Made by a program: the position numbers and the translations under genes
Shown here: piece by piece, positions 15,250 to 28,434 of the stretch
Numbering within the stretch: position 1 is the first letter of the stretch
Layout: each line of letters begins with the position of its first letter
The notes under the pieces: generated by a model
What the model was told of the DNA's origin: nothing
Databases searched by the model: none
The model's input: the letters and a program-made list of their open reading frames with translations, nothing else
From: the human T2T-CHM13v2.0 reference genome, Homo sapiens
Direction: 5' to 3' (one strand)
Assembly (NCBI RefSeq): GCF_009914755.1
Contig: NC_060926.1
DNA length: 64,000 bases

Positions 15250-16410
15250 GTTCATTTATTCATTCATTGATATATTCAACAAATATATTTATTAAGTGCT
15301 CCCACATGTTAAGCGCTGTTGTCTGAGCTAAGGACACAGTAGAAACAAAGCCCTGCTCTTGCAGAATTGTACACAGATGGGCAGTGGACACACAAGCAAT
15401 TATTTGTTGTCATGTGTTGATAATTAGAAGAAAAATAAGCTGTGTAGGAGGACAGAATAGCAAGGGTGTGTACATGGTATGGGGAATGCCATGTCAGGAT
15501 GGTAAAAGAAGCACTCTGATAATTTGACATTGGAGCCAAAGCTTGGAGGAGGGAGCAAGCCAGGTGATTATCTAAGGAAGAATATGCCAGGCGTTGGGAA
15601 TCATGAATTTAAAATCCCTGGTGATGACCATGCTTGGACTGTTCTAGGAATAGCAAAGAGCAAATAGAATTGGAACAGTGTGAGTAAACAGAATGGCATA
15701 GGATGAGATCAGAAAACTACCAGTGGGCTAGTTGAGTAGAGTCTTCAAAGCTGAGACCTGTAAATAAAGACTTTAGATTTTATTTAGAGTGAGACAGAAA
15801 GCTATTGGAAGGTTTTCTGACTTTTTTTTGTGAAGAATAGACTAGAATGGAAGCAAGAGAGCCAGTTAGGAGGATATTGTATTCAGGAAGAAAATGATAG
15901 TATTGGGGCCAGGGCATTAGAGTGGATGTGATCAGAAGTGGTGGATTTACTTTGCAGGTAAAGCTAACAGGATCTCTTGAGGTATTAGATGTTGGGTTCT
16001 CGGTGAGGGATATTAAAGGATGACTACAAGATTTCTTGCTAAAACAACTAGATGGTTGGATGATTAGAGAAGTCATATATTCAAGACTGATAAATAGAAT
16101 GACCAGATCTGGGTAAAGCAACTAAAGAGTTATGTTCTGGAAATGTTATATTCCAGGTGCCTGTAAGTCATCCAAGTACAGATAATGCTTAAGTATCCAG
16201 ATAAATGAGTCTGGAATTCAGGGCAGTAGGTCAGGGCTTAAGATGTGAATTTGGGAATTTAGGACATAAGACTGGATGGAATCATCTAAGGAGTGAGTTA
16301 GAGAAGAGGTTCCAGCTCTAAAATTTAGAGATTAGGATGATGAGGAAAATCCAGCAAAGAAAACTGAGAAGGAGCAGCCAATGAAGTGAGCAGAGAACCT
16401 GGAGTTGTTT
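15250..16410 (-). mobile_element. L2 LINE fragment
   Basis: Begins with a reversed L2 tail (ttcattcatt...caacaaatatatttattaagtgct); L2-like body to gagaaggagcagcca...gagaacctggag. Confidence 0.75.
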
Positions 16411-16525
16411 CACCTTTATATCTGTTTTTCTTGTAAAGCTGGTAAGTGATTTCTGAATCTGAAAGGAAACTGTTTATTGAGATATCATTAGGACATGTTA
16501 TGTGATAATGTGCATTCACATCTTA
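16393..16525 (-). repeat. Inverted repeat arm 2 (133 bp; partner 14164-14297)
   Basis: gagaacctggagttgttt...gtgcattcacatctta is the reverse complement of arm 1. Confidence 0.95.
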
Positions 16526-17509
16526 GAAAAAAAAGTTATGTGTATAAGGTATTTCCAAGAGGAAAATAGACAAAAATAGAGATATTGATGTTCTTTCCTT
16601 CTCATTCCCTTTCCCGACTGCAAACTGCCTTCCAATTTTTAAAAAATGCATTTTATTATTTTAAAAATATGGGTAACTGAGATTAGACATAAAACATGCC
16701 CTCAAGATGTTTACAGGAGCTGTATATACAGATATATGTAATGCAAGATTTTCCTTAAGGAACTGGTGAGCTTCCTACTATAATGATAATTGGGCAAGTT
16801 ATTATATTGCCTTTTTAGCCTTGGCTACCAAGAATCTTGGGGATAAATTTGATGCTCTATTTTTAATAATTGTGTTAAAAATTGAGGTTATCATATGTGT
16901 ATTCTGCTTTTTATGTTTTTGGTTTCTACCTTTATTAGCATTTTATTATTATAAGCTGTCTCAAATCCTTTCTGGAATGCGTACTGATATTAAGAAAAAT
17001 ATAAATATATTGGGCTATAAGGGTTAAAAGGACAGATACATTACTTCCTTTGTCATTTTTCTCATTTTTCCCAATTCATTGACTTTATTTTTAAAATTAT
17101 AACTATATGTTGCATGTGAACATTTTAGAAAGATGTTAACCAAAGTGTATACTAAAGTACAGACATTAATGTTTTTAACCTATACATTTGCTGTTCATTA
17201 GGGACTGTCCTCTGCCATTCAGATTTCTAGATGAAATCTTCCTAATTGTTTCTTAAATGTTCCACACTGTCCTAGAGTCTTTCACTGCTTTATTTTAAAG
17301 CAACTCTGTAGCTCGCTGTGGAAAGAGTAAGATCGGGGAAGAAATGAATTTGGAGACAGAAGAATTCTAGTATTATAATATTACTTAGAAATCTGTAAAT
17401 TCTAATGTCTATTATTATGGCATTCCTAGTCTTACTGAAACATGAACTGTAAGAATATCTTAGACCTATAAAACTAAACTTTCCAAAGTATCTAAGCTCA
17501 CGCCCTGAT

Positions 17510-17883
17510 GTGTCAGCAAGCTTTTGCTAGGTTTGCTGTGATAACAAACATTTCTAAATTTCAGTGCCTTATAACAATAAATACACTTATTTAAGTGTAT
17601 TTCTCCTTATTGCAGCTGTGAATTGGCTGTGGCCCTGTGCCATGTGTATTCTCATCTTGGAATCCAGGCTGAGGGATCAGCCTCTATCTGGGACATGCTG
17701 TTCTTGTGGCAGAGGGGAAATGGCAATAGCAGAACCAGAGAAAGAGTCTTAAAGCATCCTTTTGGAAGTGACACACACTATTTCCACTCACATTTCTTTG
17801 AGCAATCACTGAGAAGTGAGGAAGTATAATCATATCACAGGAAGGGGCAGTGAATAATTGGGACAAAAATACATTCTACCACA
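17510..17883. mobile_element. MLT1-like MaLR LTR
   Basis: tgtgtcagcaagcttttgctagg...ataacaaaca...acattctaccaca, typical of old MLT1. Confidence 0.6.
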
Positions 17884-18159
17884 TGGGAAGATGGGATGTT
17901 GTGAATATGATTATGAGATTAAGGAACCATTATTATTAATCTCATGGGTCATTTTAGTTTCAGGAGCCTCATGGTAGGAAAAGTTAGAATAATAAATAAC
18001 AAAGCATCATTTTAGTGCCGTTTCCAGAAATTTGTAGTGGTAAGCTATGCATTAATAAAATTAATCCTCTGGATGCAGAAAGACATTTTATAGGTAGATG
18101 TCTGTCATCCCAGGTTGAGTGGTGATTGATGTGTTGTGTACCAATCTTCTGTTTTGCAG

Positions 18160-18362
18160 TGAGAAATGTTTTAGATGAAGATAATGATAATGTTGGGCAA
18201 CCCAATGAGTATGACCTGAACGACAGCTTTCTAGATGATGAGGAAGAAGACTATGAGCCAACAGATGAAGATTCTGACTGGGAACCAGGAAAGGAAGATG
18301 AAGAGAAGGAAGATGTGGAAGAGCTTTTGAAAGAAGCAAAAAGGTTTATGAAAAGAAAATAG
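18160..18362 (+). CDS. APLF: APLF last coding exon: C-terminal acidic histone-chaperone domain
   Basis: Acceptor tcttctgttttgcag (AG 18158-18159); (V)RNVLDEDNDNVGQPNEYDLNDSFLDDEEEDYEPTDEDSDWEPGKEDEEKEDVEELLKEAKRFMKRK then TAG, the recognised human APLF C-terminus. Confidence 0.97.
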
Positions 18363-18647
18363 TAACTAACTTCTGTAGTCATATCTGCCTTACATTTACT
18401 TTTTCTTTGTGGGAAAACATTTATGAACTAAGGAGGTACTTAAGTGACAGTTATTTTCCTTCTTTTGATAGTTAATGACTTTTACTACTGACTCTTTACA
18501 AATGAGACATTGAAACGTCAGCCTTCAGTATAATAGATGGAATTTTTTGTTGCCTTGCCTTTTCTTTCCTACTTAAAGCATCTGGAAATAGGAAGACAGA
18601 GAAGGTAGAGTAAAAATGGATATTTTTTATGTACTTTGTATATTGGT

Positions 18648-18653
18648 AATAAA
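18648..18653 (+). terminator. Candidate proximal poly(A) signal AATAAA
   Basis: AATAAA with upstream TGTA motifs (18630-18640) and a downstream U-rich tract (ctttggtctttttaaattttttt). Confidence 0.5.
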
Positions 18654-19769
18654 AAGTAAAAGCCATAGGTTGCATAAAACTTTGGTCTTTTTAAATTTTT
18701 TTCCAAAGATTATGGAGTACTCTGCAAGTATAACCAGGCAAAGTACATGAAAACATGCCTCTTTTCATTGTTACTGAAGTAATTCTGTAAGCAGAACCAG
18801 GCTTTAAAAAATGCAGCCATTACATAATGGCGTTTTTTTTCTAGTACCTTAGATGTGAGCTTTGCAATTTCACTTACTACTTTTATCCTTCAAAACTTGG
18901 GAAGATTGGTTCCAAATGGGTACTGAAAATAGATTCAACTAGGCTGTAGAAGAGAAATGTTCACCATGTAGGGAATGTTATTTTGTGTTCCACATCTGCA
19001 ATTTACTGTATGTTTGAATTTAAAAGTAAAAAAACTCAAAAAACTTGACCTTTTTTTTCAAACTAAAGTCCTAGCTGATTATTTTAACTCTCAGTGTGCT
19101 GTCTTTATATTAAGAATAGAGAAACGACATAACTTTCTCAAATGGCATTAGTTTTGCCTTAGTTTTTTTGACCTCAGATGAAAGTAGCAAGTTGTTTGCC
19201 AGTTGAAAGTTCAAGATTCTGGCCTCCCATATCAAGAAGAAACCACTTATTCTCCAGTTTTACAAAGTATCTTTCTGTATTTCTGTTCTAAAACTACTTT
19301 AAGCCCTATAATGCTCTTCATATTACGTGACTTTGAATTGTTAAAATGTAGTTTAGAATCTTTAATAACAGTTGGGTTGTGTACACAGAGCAGGAGATAT
19401 TTATTGAAATCATAAATCACTAAGCCAAAAGAATCTTTGTTAAATGCTATTATTTTCTACTCTAAAGGAACCTAAAAATTTATATCTTAAAAGATCAAAA
19501 CATATTTATAATAATATTTTCTCATTGCTTTAAAATATATCTCCCAGTAATTATACAATATTTAATATTTACTTAAACTGGAACAAGAATAAGATAAACA
19601 TTTCTCTAGACTATAACCTATTATTCTGATTTTTATCTCTTATTGTTATTTGGGAACTATTTTTCCCCTTATAATGTCCCTTTAGCCTTGGTAGTATAAC
19701 AAATCTACGAATGTAATATTTAACTTATTCTCATCCCTGCCACTAACTTAATCCTTGAAGTGTTACATA

Positions 19770-20315
19770 ATCTACTCCTAGGTATATACCCAGAGGAATT
19801 GAAAACATTTCCACATAAAAACTGTACACAATGTCAATAGAAGCATTATTCTTAACAGCCAAAAAGTATAAACACCCAAAGTCTATCAACTATCAACTGG
19901 GTGAATGGATAAGCAAAACGTGGTATATCTGTGCAATGGAATATTATTTGGTCATAAAAAGGAATAAAGTACTGATACATGCTACAAGATAGATGAACCT
20001 TGAAGGCAAGTAAAAGAAGCCAGACACAAAAGGCCACATACTGTATGAACTCATTTATATGAAATTTCCAAAACAGGCAAATCCATAAAGACAGAAAGCA
20101 AATTTGTGGTTGCCAGGGACTTGGGGAGGAAGAATGGGGAGTGACTGCTAATGAGTATAGGATTTCCTTTTGAGTGATAAAAATGTTCTAAGATTAGATG
20201 GCAGTGATGGTTGCACAACTCTGTAAATATATTACAAACAATGCATTGTACACTTTCAAAGGGTAGATTTCATTGCACGTGAACTATATATTTCAATAAA
20301 TCTGTCACAAAAAAG
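19770..20315 (+). mobile_element. L1MB/L1MC-type 3' end inside APLF 3' UTR
   Basis: ctactcctaggtatatacccaga...gtggttgccaggg...gaactatatatttcaataaa. Confidence 0.8.
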
Positions 20316-20480
20316 TAATGCAAAGGGTAATACCAGTCTTTTAGAAGGAAAAAAATATTTAATATCAAAGGATATTCTTCGTAGTAATGTAATAGTTCAT
20401 GGTAGCTGCTTTTAACGATACAGTTTTAATGCAACTTTCATAATCATCCTGAAGACACTTTTGAGTATAACTATTGTATA

Positions 20481-20486
20481 AATAAA
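20481..20486 (+). terminator. Candidate distal poly(A) signal AATAAA of APLF
   Basis: TGTA immediately upstream; GU-rich downstream (gtgtaattggactgtgttt). Confidence 0.6.
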
Positions 20487-21649
20487 TGTATAGCTTAATT
20501 GACTGAAGTGTAATGAAAATGAAAGTGTAATTGGACTGTGTTTAGATCTGTGTTTTCCAAAACAGAGGGAAAACCGGTAACATTAGGCTGTCAGTGGTCT
20601 CAAGAGCACCATTAACAAAGCTTGATTTTTTAAATTAATTGCTGTTCTATACAGTGGATAAGAGCCAATTCTCCCTGTCATGGTGTTCCTGGAACTGAAA
20701 CTATATCCCAGCCTCCTCTGTCATGGTAAAAATTATCATATATACATTTCTCACCTATGTGCCTAATTTTAAAAGCAAATATTTTCTGGCTAAACTTTTG
20801 AGGGGGGATGGGTTTTCTAGGACCCTGGGAAACTGGAGACCTGAAGAGTTTTGGGGGACACTTGAACACTGACTTTGGTGTTTTCCCCTGGTTGAGGATG
20901 GCCCTATTGATACTGAGTTTCTAGAACTAGAGGATCCTAAACATTCATTGTAATGAAAGCAGATAGATTGTGAGCATAATTACTCCAGAATGTTGATGTA
21001 AAGCTGAGAGTAAATGGGTAGTTTCTTACAACTAATTGTTCAGTGTCACCAGCACACCTCACTGAGGGGGAAACTGTCCACCAGCACGCTGCATCCAGCC
21101 CTGCTCTGTGAGACCACCTCATTCCCATTCAGTCTCTTTGTTGGCCAGGAGTCCATAATGGTGTGTGCATGTGGGGGAGGGGGATCTTTTCCTGCCAATC
21201 TACAAACCTAGCCTACAAAGCTTCACCTCTACAATATGTACTGAAAGTAAAGTGATAAGGAATAATTATGATTGAGATTATTATTGGCCACCCTAATATA
21301 ATGTACATAATAAACTTTATCATCATAAACAACCACATTTATACTCTGTTGTGCCCAAGATACTGTCTTAGGTGTCAGCAATTCAAAGAATAACATAGAG
21401 TCCCTATTTTCAATGTGCTTACTCTCTATTCTGGACAATAGGATATTTATTCATTCAGTGACAGTGACTACTAAATACCATGAAAGATACAAAAAAGAAA
21501 AAGAAATGGTATCTACAGTAAAAGATTTTACAAAGGCAATGAGGCAAGCATTCAAATAACATAGTGGATAGAATGGGACCAGTCAGAGAAGGAGAAGCTA
21601 GAGTGTAACAGAAATACCCCTCTGGCTGTATACTGAAGTATATACAGTC

Positions 21650-22632
21650 TCAGTCATGAGAAAATCTTGGTGTGATTGAGTTGCAGGATGAACTAACAGA
21701 TTTTTTTATGGAACAAAATTTTTACTTGAAAGAATGACTGGCAGACATATTATGATTATTCAAACTTCAGTATTTGGCAGATGTTTTATCAAACATGAAC
21801 TAAATGAGCCCTGTTTTCAAGGAAAACAACCAACAGTATTTGCTGTAATGCTGAAATTTGAGCTTTTAAGCAAAAATCAGAATTTTGGAAGAACTTGGAT
21901 TCATCACCATTAGCTTGATAGCTTTTCAAAACTCTAAAAACTATTCTGATGATATTGTAGGTGATATGATATAATAAAATGTATCAATATTTGGAAGAGC
22001 TGCAAAACTTAGTAAGCCAACATTTTCCACATAACCAGTGTATGATGTTATAAAACCAGGCATGGGTAAGAGATCCAGTCAAAGTGTAAGATGAAGCAAT
22101 GGACTTAATGTAACAGAGTCTGTTAAGTTCATTAATATGGTTTCAGATTCCATATTTCAACTAATCTTCCAGAAACTGCAATTTGTCTATTTTTGTGACA
22201 TCAAGAAGAATATCCACCATTACCTGAAAAGCCTATTAAAATACTCCTTCCTTTTCAACTACATATCTGTGTAAGGCCTGGTTTGCTCCATGTACTTTAA
22301 GCAAAACAACATAGGAGAGCAGATACAGGAATCTACCTGTCTTCTAGAGAAGACAGACATTAAAGAGATTTGCAAAAATGTAAAACAATGCCATTCATCT
22401 GACTAAATCTTTAAAATATATAATTATTTTTTATAAAATACATGTATCAGTGTGTAATGGGTTTACTCTTCTTTTTAAGTGAATTACTAAATATTTTAAA
22501 AATTTCTCAATTATAATCTCCAGTATGGTAACTGTCTACAAATACGACCCTCATAAACAAAAGCTTTTTGGGTTTCTCAGTAATTTTTAAGAGTGAAAAG
22601 ACTCCTGAGGCTGAAAATTTTGAGAACCACTC
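21650..22632. mobile_element. Charlie1-like hAT DNA transposon remnant
   Basis: tttttacttgaaagaatgactggcagac...gtatttggcagatg... ending in TIR-like tttgagaaccact. Confidence 0.7.
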
Positions 22633-22651
22633 CAGTAGGTCACTGTGCCAT

Positions 22652-23047
22652 TCAGTTAGACTAGTTATGCTAGGATAACCCCAAAATCTCAGTGTCTTAA
22701 CACAAGGAACATTTTCTTATGCCAAGATTTTCTGTGTTGGGTGACCCTCTAGGGCACTGTCTTCCATGTAGCAACTCAGCATTCCAGCATTTTACAGTCT
22801 CTGCCTTCTTGCAGTTGTATCATCTGGATCGTGAGACCTTCTTAATCATGACTGCAAGGGAATACAGAAAGTAGAGGGTTATAGTGTAATTAAAGGCTTC
22901 AGGCTGAAGTGACATCACTCCTGTTTGCAGCTCATTGGCCAGAAGTAATTACATGGCTTTAACCACTAGAAGGGGCTTGGGAAGTACAGTCTTATGGGTG
23001 TCCAGAAAAGATGAGAAACAGAGTGAACACTAGTAATGTCTACCACA
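22652..23047. mobile_element. MLT1-like MaLR LTR
   Basis: aaccccaaaatctcagtgtcttaacacaa...ctcattggccagaagtaattacatggc...aatgtctaccaca. Confidence 0.6.
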
Positions 23048-23279
23048 GTCACCAAAGGAGTAAGTGGTAAAAGAGAGTTGAGGACAAGATATTTAGTGTC
23101 ATAATTTAAGGGATAGGAAGATAGATAAAAAGATTCTTCAGAGGAATTAGAAGAAGAGGAATGTTAGGAACTTTCTGTGTCACGGGAGCTGAAAGTAGAA
23201 TGAATATTAAGAAGGAAGAAGTAGTTAATATTGTCAGTTGCTATAGAATGGTTACACACCTAAGAACTGAGATTAGATT

Positions 23280-25530
23280 TAGCTTCCTACTTCACTGAGA
23301 TAATTGAAGCTATTCAATGAGAACTTTTACAAACTCTCACCTGCATCTACCCACCTACCAGCTATTCTCAAATTCTTTATCTTCTCCCCCGGTATTATAG
23401 ATAAATTGTTTATTATTTTATTTAAAATCATTTCCCTAGATCCAGGCATCTCTTACGTGCTTAAGGACATTACACTGGTAATTCCTCCCCCTCTCCCATC
23501 TCATCAGTTTTTTCCTATGTACTGATTCATTCCCATCACCATGTAAACTTAATAATATTTCTTCCATCTTAAAGAGAGACAAAAAAACTTTCCTTAATTC
23601 ACTCCCTGCAACAGCTTTACTACCCTATTTATCTTCTCCCCTTAACAGGAAAATTCGTCAAAAGTGTTGTCTATACTTGCTGTCACCAGTGCCCATCCTT
23701 TAAGTCCTTAAAATTGTAACAGAAAAACATCAAAAGAACTAACATAACTAATTCCATTTTCATTTAAGGGACCTTTACCCATTGCTACACGTAGGCTAGG
23801 ATAATTTCAGAGCACTGAGATTAAATGTGAAAACAGGAATCATGTAGTTTTTGAAACTAATTCTGTGATTATTGAGGAAGTATGTAAACAATTATGTTTT
23901 ATTAAAGATTTATAGGTGCATTGTGACCTGACCAAGCACAAAGAAGTTCCCAAAGCCCTTGGACTCTTACTGGTGCCCACATATTTGTACTCATTGGTCA
24001 CTTCTTTGTCCCAACCCCCTCCTCTTCCTTTTGCCCTTAACATAAAAGCAGCCTGAAATTTGTTCTGATTTAAGATGGTACTTTAGGACGTTAGTCGGCC
24101 ATCTTCTCGGTTTACTGGCTTTCCAAAATTAAGTTGCCTTCCTTGCTCCAACTCCTTGTCTCCCTACTTATTGGCTGTTGTGCGATGAGTAGGATGAGCC
24201 TGAACTTGGTTACAAAATCAAGCCTTTCCCACCACCTTTTCCACTGAAACTGCTTTTGTCAGGTGCATCAGTGATTTCCACTCTCCTGAATCCTATGGTC
24301 ATTTCTCAGCCCTCATCCTTCTCAATCTTTCCTCAACATTTGAAACAAAAGGTCACTTCCATCTCCTTGGAACATTTCCTTCACTTGACTTCCAGGAAAT
24401 TAGAATGTCTTGAGTTTTCTACCCACCTTACTCCCAGTGTTCTTTGCTTGGTATTTCTTTTTTCCATGAACACTTAAAGTGTTCCAGGGCAGAGTCCTTG
24501 GTCCTAGGTTCCTTTTCCTCTCTACATTCATTTCCATGGTGATTTTATGCAATCTTGTGGCTCTTTTCCATATGCTGAAAACTCCTAAATTTGTATCTCA
24601 AGGAGAGACCTCTTCCCTAAGCTCCAAGCCTTTATATATCCAACTGCCTACCCAACATTTCCACTTGACTGTAGGATAAACACCTCAAACTTCACATGTT
24701 TAATACTGAATTCTAATTGTCCTTCTGAAACTTCTTTGCCCTTGCTCAGGCCACAAAACCTTAAGAATATTTATTCTTCAGTCCCACTTCCTTCAACAAT
24801 CAGCAAAATCTTGTTGATTCTACTTTCAAAATATATCCAGAATCTGACTATATTTCTGCACTTCAACTGCTATCAACTTGGGCTCCCTGCTCCAACCTTT
24901 GGTCTCCTATAAGTTTATTCAGAGCACAGCAGTCAGAGTAATCCTATTACAGCTTAAGTCAAATCATATTACACCCTTGTCCCAAACCCTCCAGTGGTCT
25001 CCAGTCTCACTCAGACCAAAGCCAGAGTCTTTATTATGTCCTTTATTATCTCCCCAGCCTCACCTACTACAATTTTTCACTTTCTCTGATCCAGCTGGAT
25101 TAGCCTCCTTATTTTTTCTCACATATGTTCCTGACTTCAGGTCTACGGCCTGGCTGTTCATTCTGCCTCGAATGCTCTTTCCCAAGATAATCACATGGAT
25201 CAGACCATCACCTCCTTCAAGAGTTGTTCCCCTTGAGGGAAATGTCTAAGGCCTTACTTGGTCACCCTATTTGACATTTCTGCTTCCTCCACTCCATCCC
25301 CACATATACACTTCTGATCTCTTATACCTAGCTCTATTTTTTTCATAATATGTATTTCTCAGAATACTGTGTAATTTACCTCTGTTCGTTTTTCTTTCTC
25401 ACTTTGCTAGAATGTAAACTTCATCAAGACAAGGGTATTTGTCCATTGTTTTCAGTGCCAAATTTCCAGTGTTAAGAACAGTGCCTAGAACATAACTGGT
25501 GCTCAATACATACTTGTTGAATGGATAAAT
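23280..25530 (+). mobile_element. L2 LINE (long fragment, interrupted by an LTR)
   Basis: L2 body and terminal aagaacagtgcctagaacataactggtgctcaatacatacttgttgaatgga. Confidence 0.75.
23715..24214 (+). mobile_element. Solo ERV1-class LTR (MER4-group/LTR54-like), 500 bp
   Basis: TGTAAC...GTTACA inverted termini; 4-bp TSD AAAT (23711-14, 24215-18); cataaaa TATA-like box near 24041. Confidence 0.8.
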
Positions 25531-25828
25531 GACTCTTTGGACATGAGTGATGATGACCAAAAGAGTAGCATGGGAGAAGCAAGATGTCAGGGTGTTCAGG
25601 AAGAAATGGTTGAGAAGAAATAAATGGATTGCAATCACTCTAGGGAAGTGTAGAGATGATAAAATCAGTAGAGGTTTGTTTTGTGTGGCATTGTTTTTAC
25701 GGTGGGAACACACAGCATGTTTTATAGTCAGAAAGAAGGAATCTGCAGAGAGATTACAATGTTGTGAAAGTTAAGGAATGGGTACTTGTACTTCTGTTAG
25801 CATTTTTGTATTAGTTAAATTTATTAAT

Positions 25829-25958
25829 ACAGTGATCCTTAACCTAGCTGTGCATCAGAATCCCCTGTGAATTTCTTTAAAAAACAATAGGTGCTGGGTT
25901 CCATGAGAGACCTACTGGGTCAGAATCTCTCAGATGGGGCACTAGTATTAGTATTAAA

Positions 25959-26000
<42 letters not shown>

Positions 26001-26040
26001 CTTTCTGGTTCATGGATAAGATGCTGTTGAAGGACAGCTT
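25829..26040. mobile_element. MER5A-like hAT MITE
   Basis: cagtgatccttaacctagctgtgcatcagaatccc...cagaatctct. Confidence 0.65.
25961..25998. repeat. (AC)19 microsatellite
   Basis: Directly visible perfect repeat. Confidence 0.95.
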
Positions 26041-26479
26041 TGGAAAGCAAGCAGTATAAGCCCACTTCTATATATCTCTAATGAGGAGTTCAGTCCAGGC
26101 CCAACAATGAAAAGCAAGCAGAGTTTGTGACGCCTCAAAAGAAAATTAATCATTCTGAAGTTTGGGATTAATCTGTGCGACTTTCATTTTTCATAAAGCA
26201 TAAAAGATGGAAAGTCAAGAATAGAAGTAGCCAATATTCTTTGAAACCATAAAATTATACACACAGTAATTCCATCAGTGACACAGATTATTCTTGAGAT
26301 TTTAACCTTCATTAGCTGTGAGTTTAGCGGCTCACATTGGTGCTAACTACACTGTCAGGAAACTTCCTTGTTTGTGCCATGGGTTTCATTTTGTCTGTGG
26401 AGCCCACAGTGGAAACCTCCTATGGTGTAATGAAATTAGAAACGAACAACCAAAGGACAGGAAAAATAAATCTAATGGA

Positions 26480-27120
26480 TGTGATATTTTAATCCATCCT
26501 TCTGAGTAGATTAAAATCATATCTCTGGAAAAAAAGGCATCAGGTTGAACTTGTAAGCTGTTTAAAAATAAGCAACAATTAGAGTATTATGTTACTATTA
26601 TGTAGCAAGTAATATATTTGAAGAAAAATAATATTGTCTTACATGTATAAGAAAAAAGATTAATAATAAATCAACTAAGTATTTTAGAGCTAGACAAAAG
26701 CAGAGCATCCGAATTAGCCAAGGATAGGATAGAATTAGTAAAATCTTTAGATAAAAGACTAAAAAAGGAAAACCCAACAGACTTGATCAATAAGAGAAAA
26801 AATAGAGACAACTCTTAGCAAAAAAAAAAAAAAAAAAGACAAACATTAAAAATAAAAAGGGTTAGAACTACAAATATGGATATTTTAAAATTTTGTAAGA
26901 GAGTATGTACAACTTCATGTCAATTTGTAAATGTAGATGAATGTATGACTTTCTAAAAAAAATAACTTTCCAAAGTGTACTTTATAAGACATTAAAAAGG
27001 GTGAACAGATTAATAGCCACAGAGGAAATGGAAAGTATTCACGTTTCTACTCGTAGGATAGTACCAAACATTGGGAATTACAAATGAATTATATCAAACT
27101 TTTTTTCAGCAAATAATTTC
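26480..27120 (+). mobile_element. Very old L1 (L1ME-like) ORF2 fragment
   Basis: A-rich sequence with degenerate L1 ORF2 words (atgtagatgaatgtatgactttcta). Confidence 0.45.
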
Positions 27121-28107
27121 CCGCATCTTCACTCTTCATCTTCCCACCCTCTTCTGGACAACTCCTGACATTCTGTGATATTCAGCATTCACCATAAACA
27201 TTGCATGATTCAGTTCTCCTTGATATCTTGGTGCTTGGACTCTTCACTGTTGGCATCATTAGGTCAGCAGGTGAACACTCAGGATTGTTTCTCTTCTGTT
27301 AGTAGAGCACCAAAAGGTAAGAAGCCAGGAGGCTTTCTCCCCATGGTTCTCATCACTGGATAAGAAATGTGGGTTGAAGAACATGAGCTAATTAGGACTC
27401 CAGACAACCTCTGCCCCCCTTACCTCAGTGCTTAAGTGGGAGGACCAGAATCTTCCTAATTGTGTTAGTGCTAGCTTAAGGAAAGTATATCATTGTAATT
27501 CATCTCTTTTATTTTGAAAGAGAAATTTGTTGTTCCAAAACTGAGATTAAGCAAACTGTGTGCCCAGCACCCTTAATTCCATGCTGATAAAAGTCACTTT
27601 CCTTTGACAATGTTGATTACTAAGAGCTAACTGACAGAAGATAAAATCATGTTGCTTGCTAGGTCTAATTAATAGCCACAGATCAATCTGCCTGTTATTC
27701 TTAGATATAGCACTTGTTATTTTTAATTAATGGTTGACATCTCAAAATGGCATTAGTCGTCCATACCTAAATATTAACACATGCCTCCTGCTAAGGAGAT
27801 GTCCGTTTTTTGACTTAGCAGGCTTACTGGCCTGTGAAATAAACAGCTGTCTGGAATTAGCAGTCTGGATGTTTATGTAGATATTCCCTAAGGAAGGATA
27901 CATGTTTGTTTTCCCCAAACTTTTCTTTCAAACTAGCACACTGACTATTGTCCTCCTAAACCAATAAAAGTCATTAGCACTTCACCTTAGAAGTGTTAAC
28001 GAAATAGTGAGATCAAGCCTGTTGGAGTGACAGTGTCGAGTTAATGACATTCCCTGCATCTCTCAACACGACATTACACCAACAGGAGCCACCATTGGTT
28101 CATTTTA

Positions 28108-28434
28108 TTCTTTTTAATTTAATTTAATTATTATTATTTTTTAAGACAGGGTCTGGCTCTGTCACCTAAGCCAGAGGGCAATGGTACAATCACCATTGAC
28201 TGCAGTCTCAAATTCCTGGGCTCAAGCAATCCTCCCGCCTCAGCTTCCCAAGCAGCTGGGACTACAGGCATGCCCCACCATGTCCAGGTAATTAAAAAAA
28301 AATTTTTTTTTTTTTGTAGACATGGGGTTTCCCTGTGTTGCCTAGACTGGTCTCAAACTCCTGGGATTAAGGGATCCTGCCCCCTTGGCCTCCCAAAGTA
28401 CTGGGATTACAGGCATGAGCCATCGCACCCCACC
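28108..28434 (-). mobile_element. AluJ
   Basis: Reverse Alu dimer; TSD TTGGTTCATTTTA at 28095-28107 and 28438-28450. Confidence 0.9.

Larger units (their letters stand above)
18363..20505 (+). other. APLF: APLF 3' UTR (long form, end approximate)
   Basis: AT-rich sequence from the stop codon to about 20 nt past AATAAA at 20481. Confidence 0.65.

Noticed and set aside
14164-16525. Inverted arms as TIRs of a DNA transposon
   Set aside because: No matching TSD outside the arms (ttggg / gaaaa), no transposase remnant, and arm 2 overlaps the end of an L2.
18126-18159. N-terminal MMCCVPIFCFA of the 78-aa ORF
   Set aside because: It is the intronic polypyrimidine tract/acceptor; the real exon starts at 18160.
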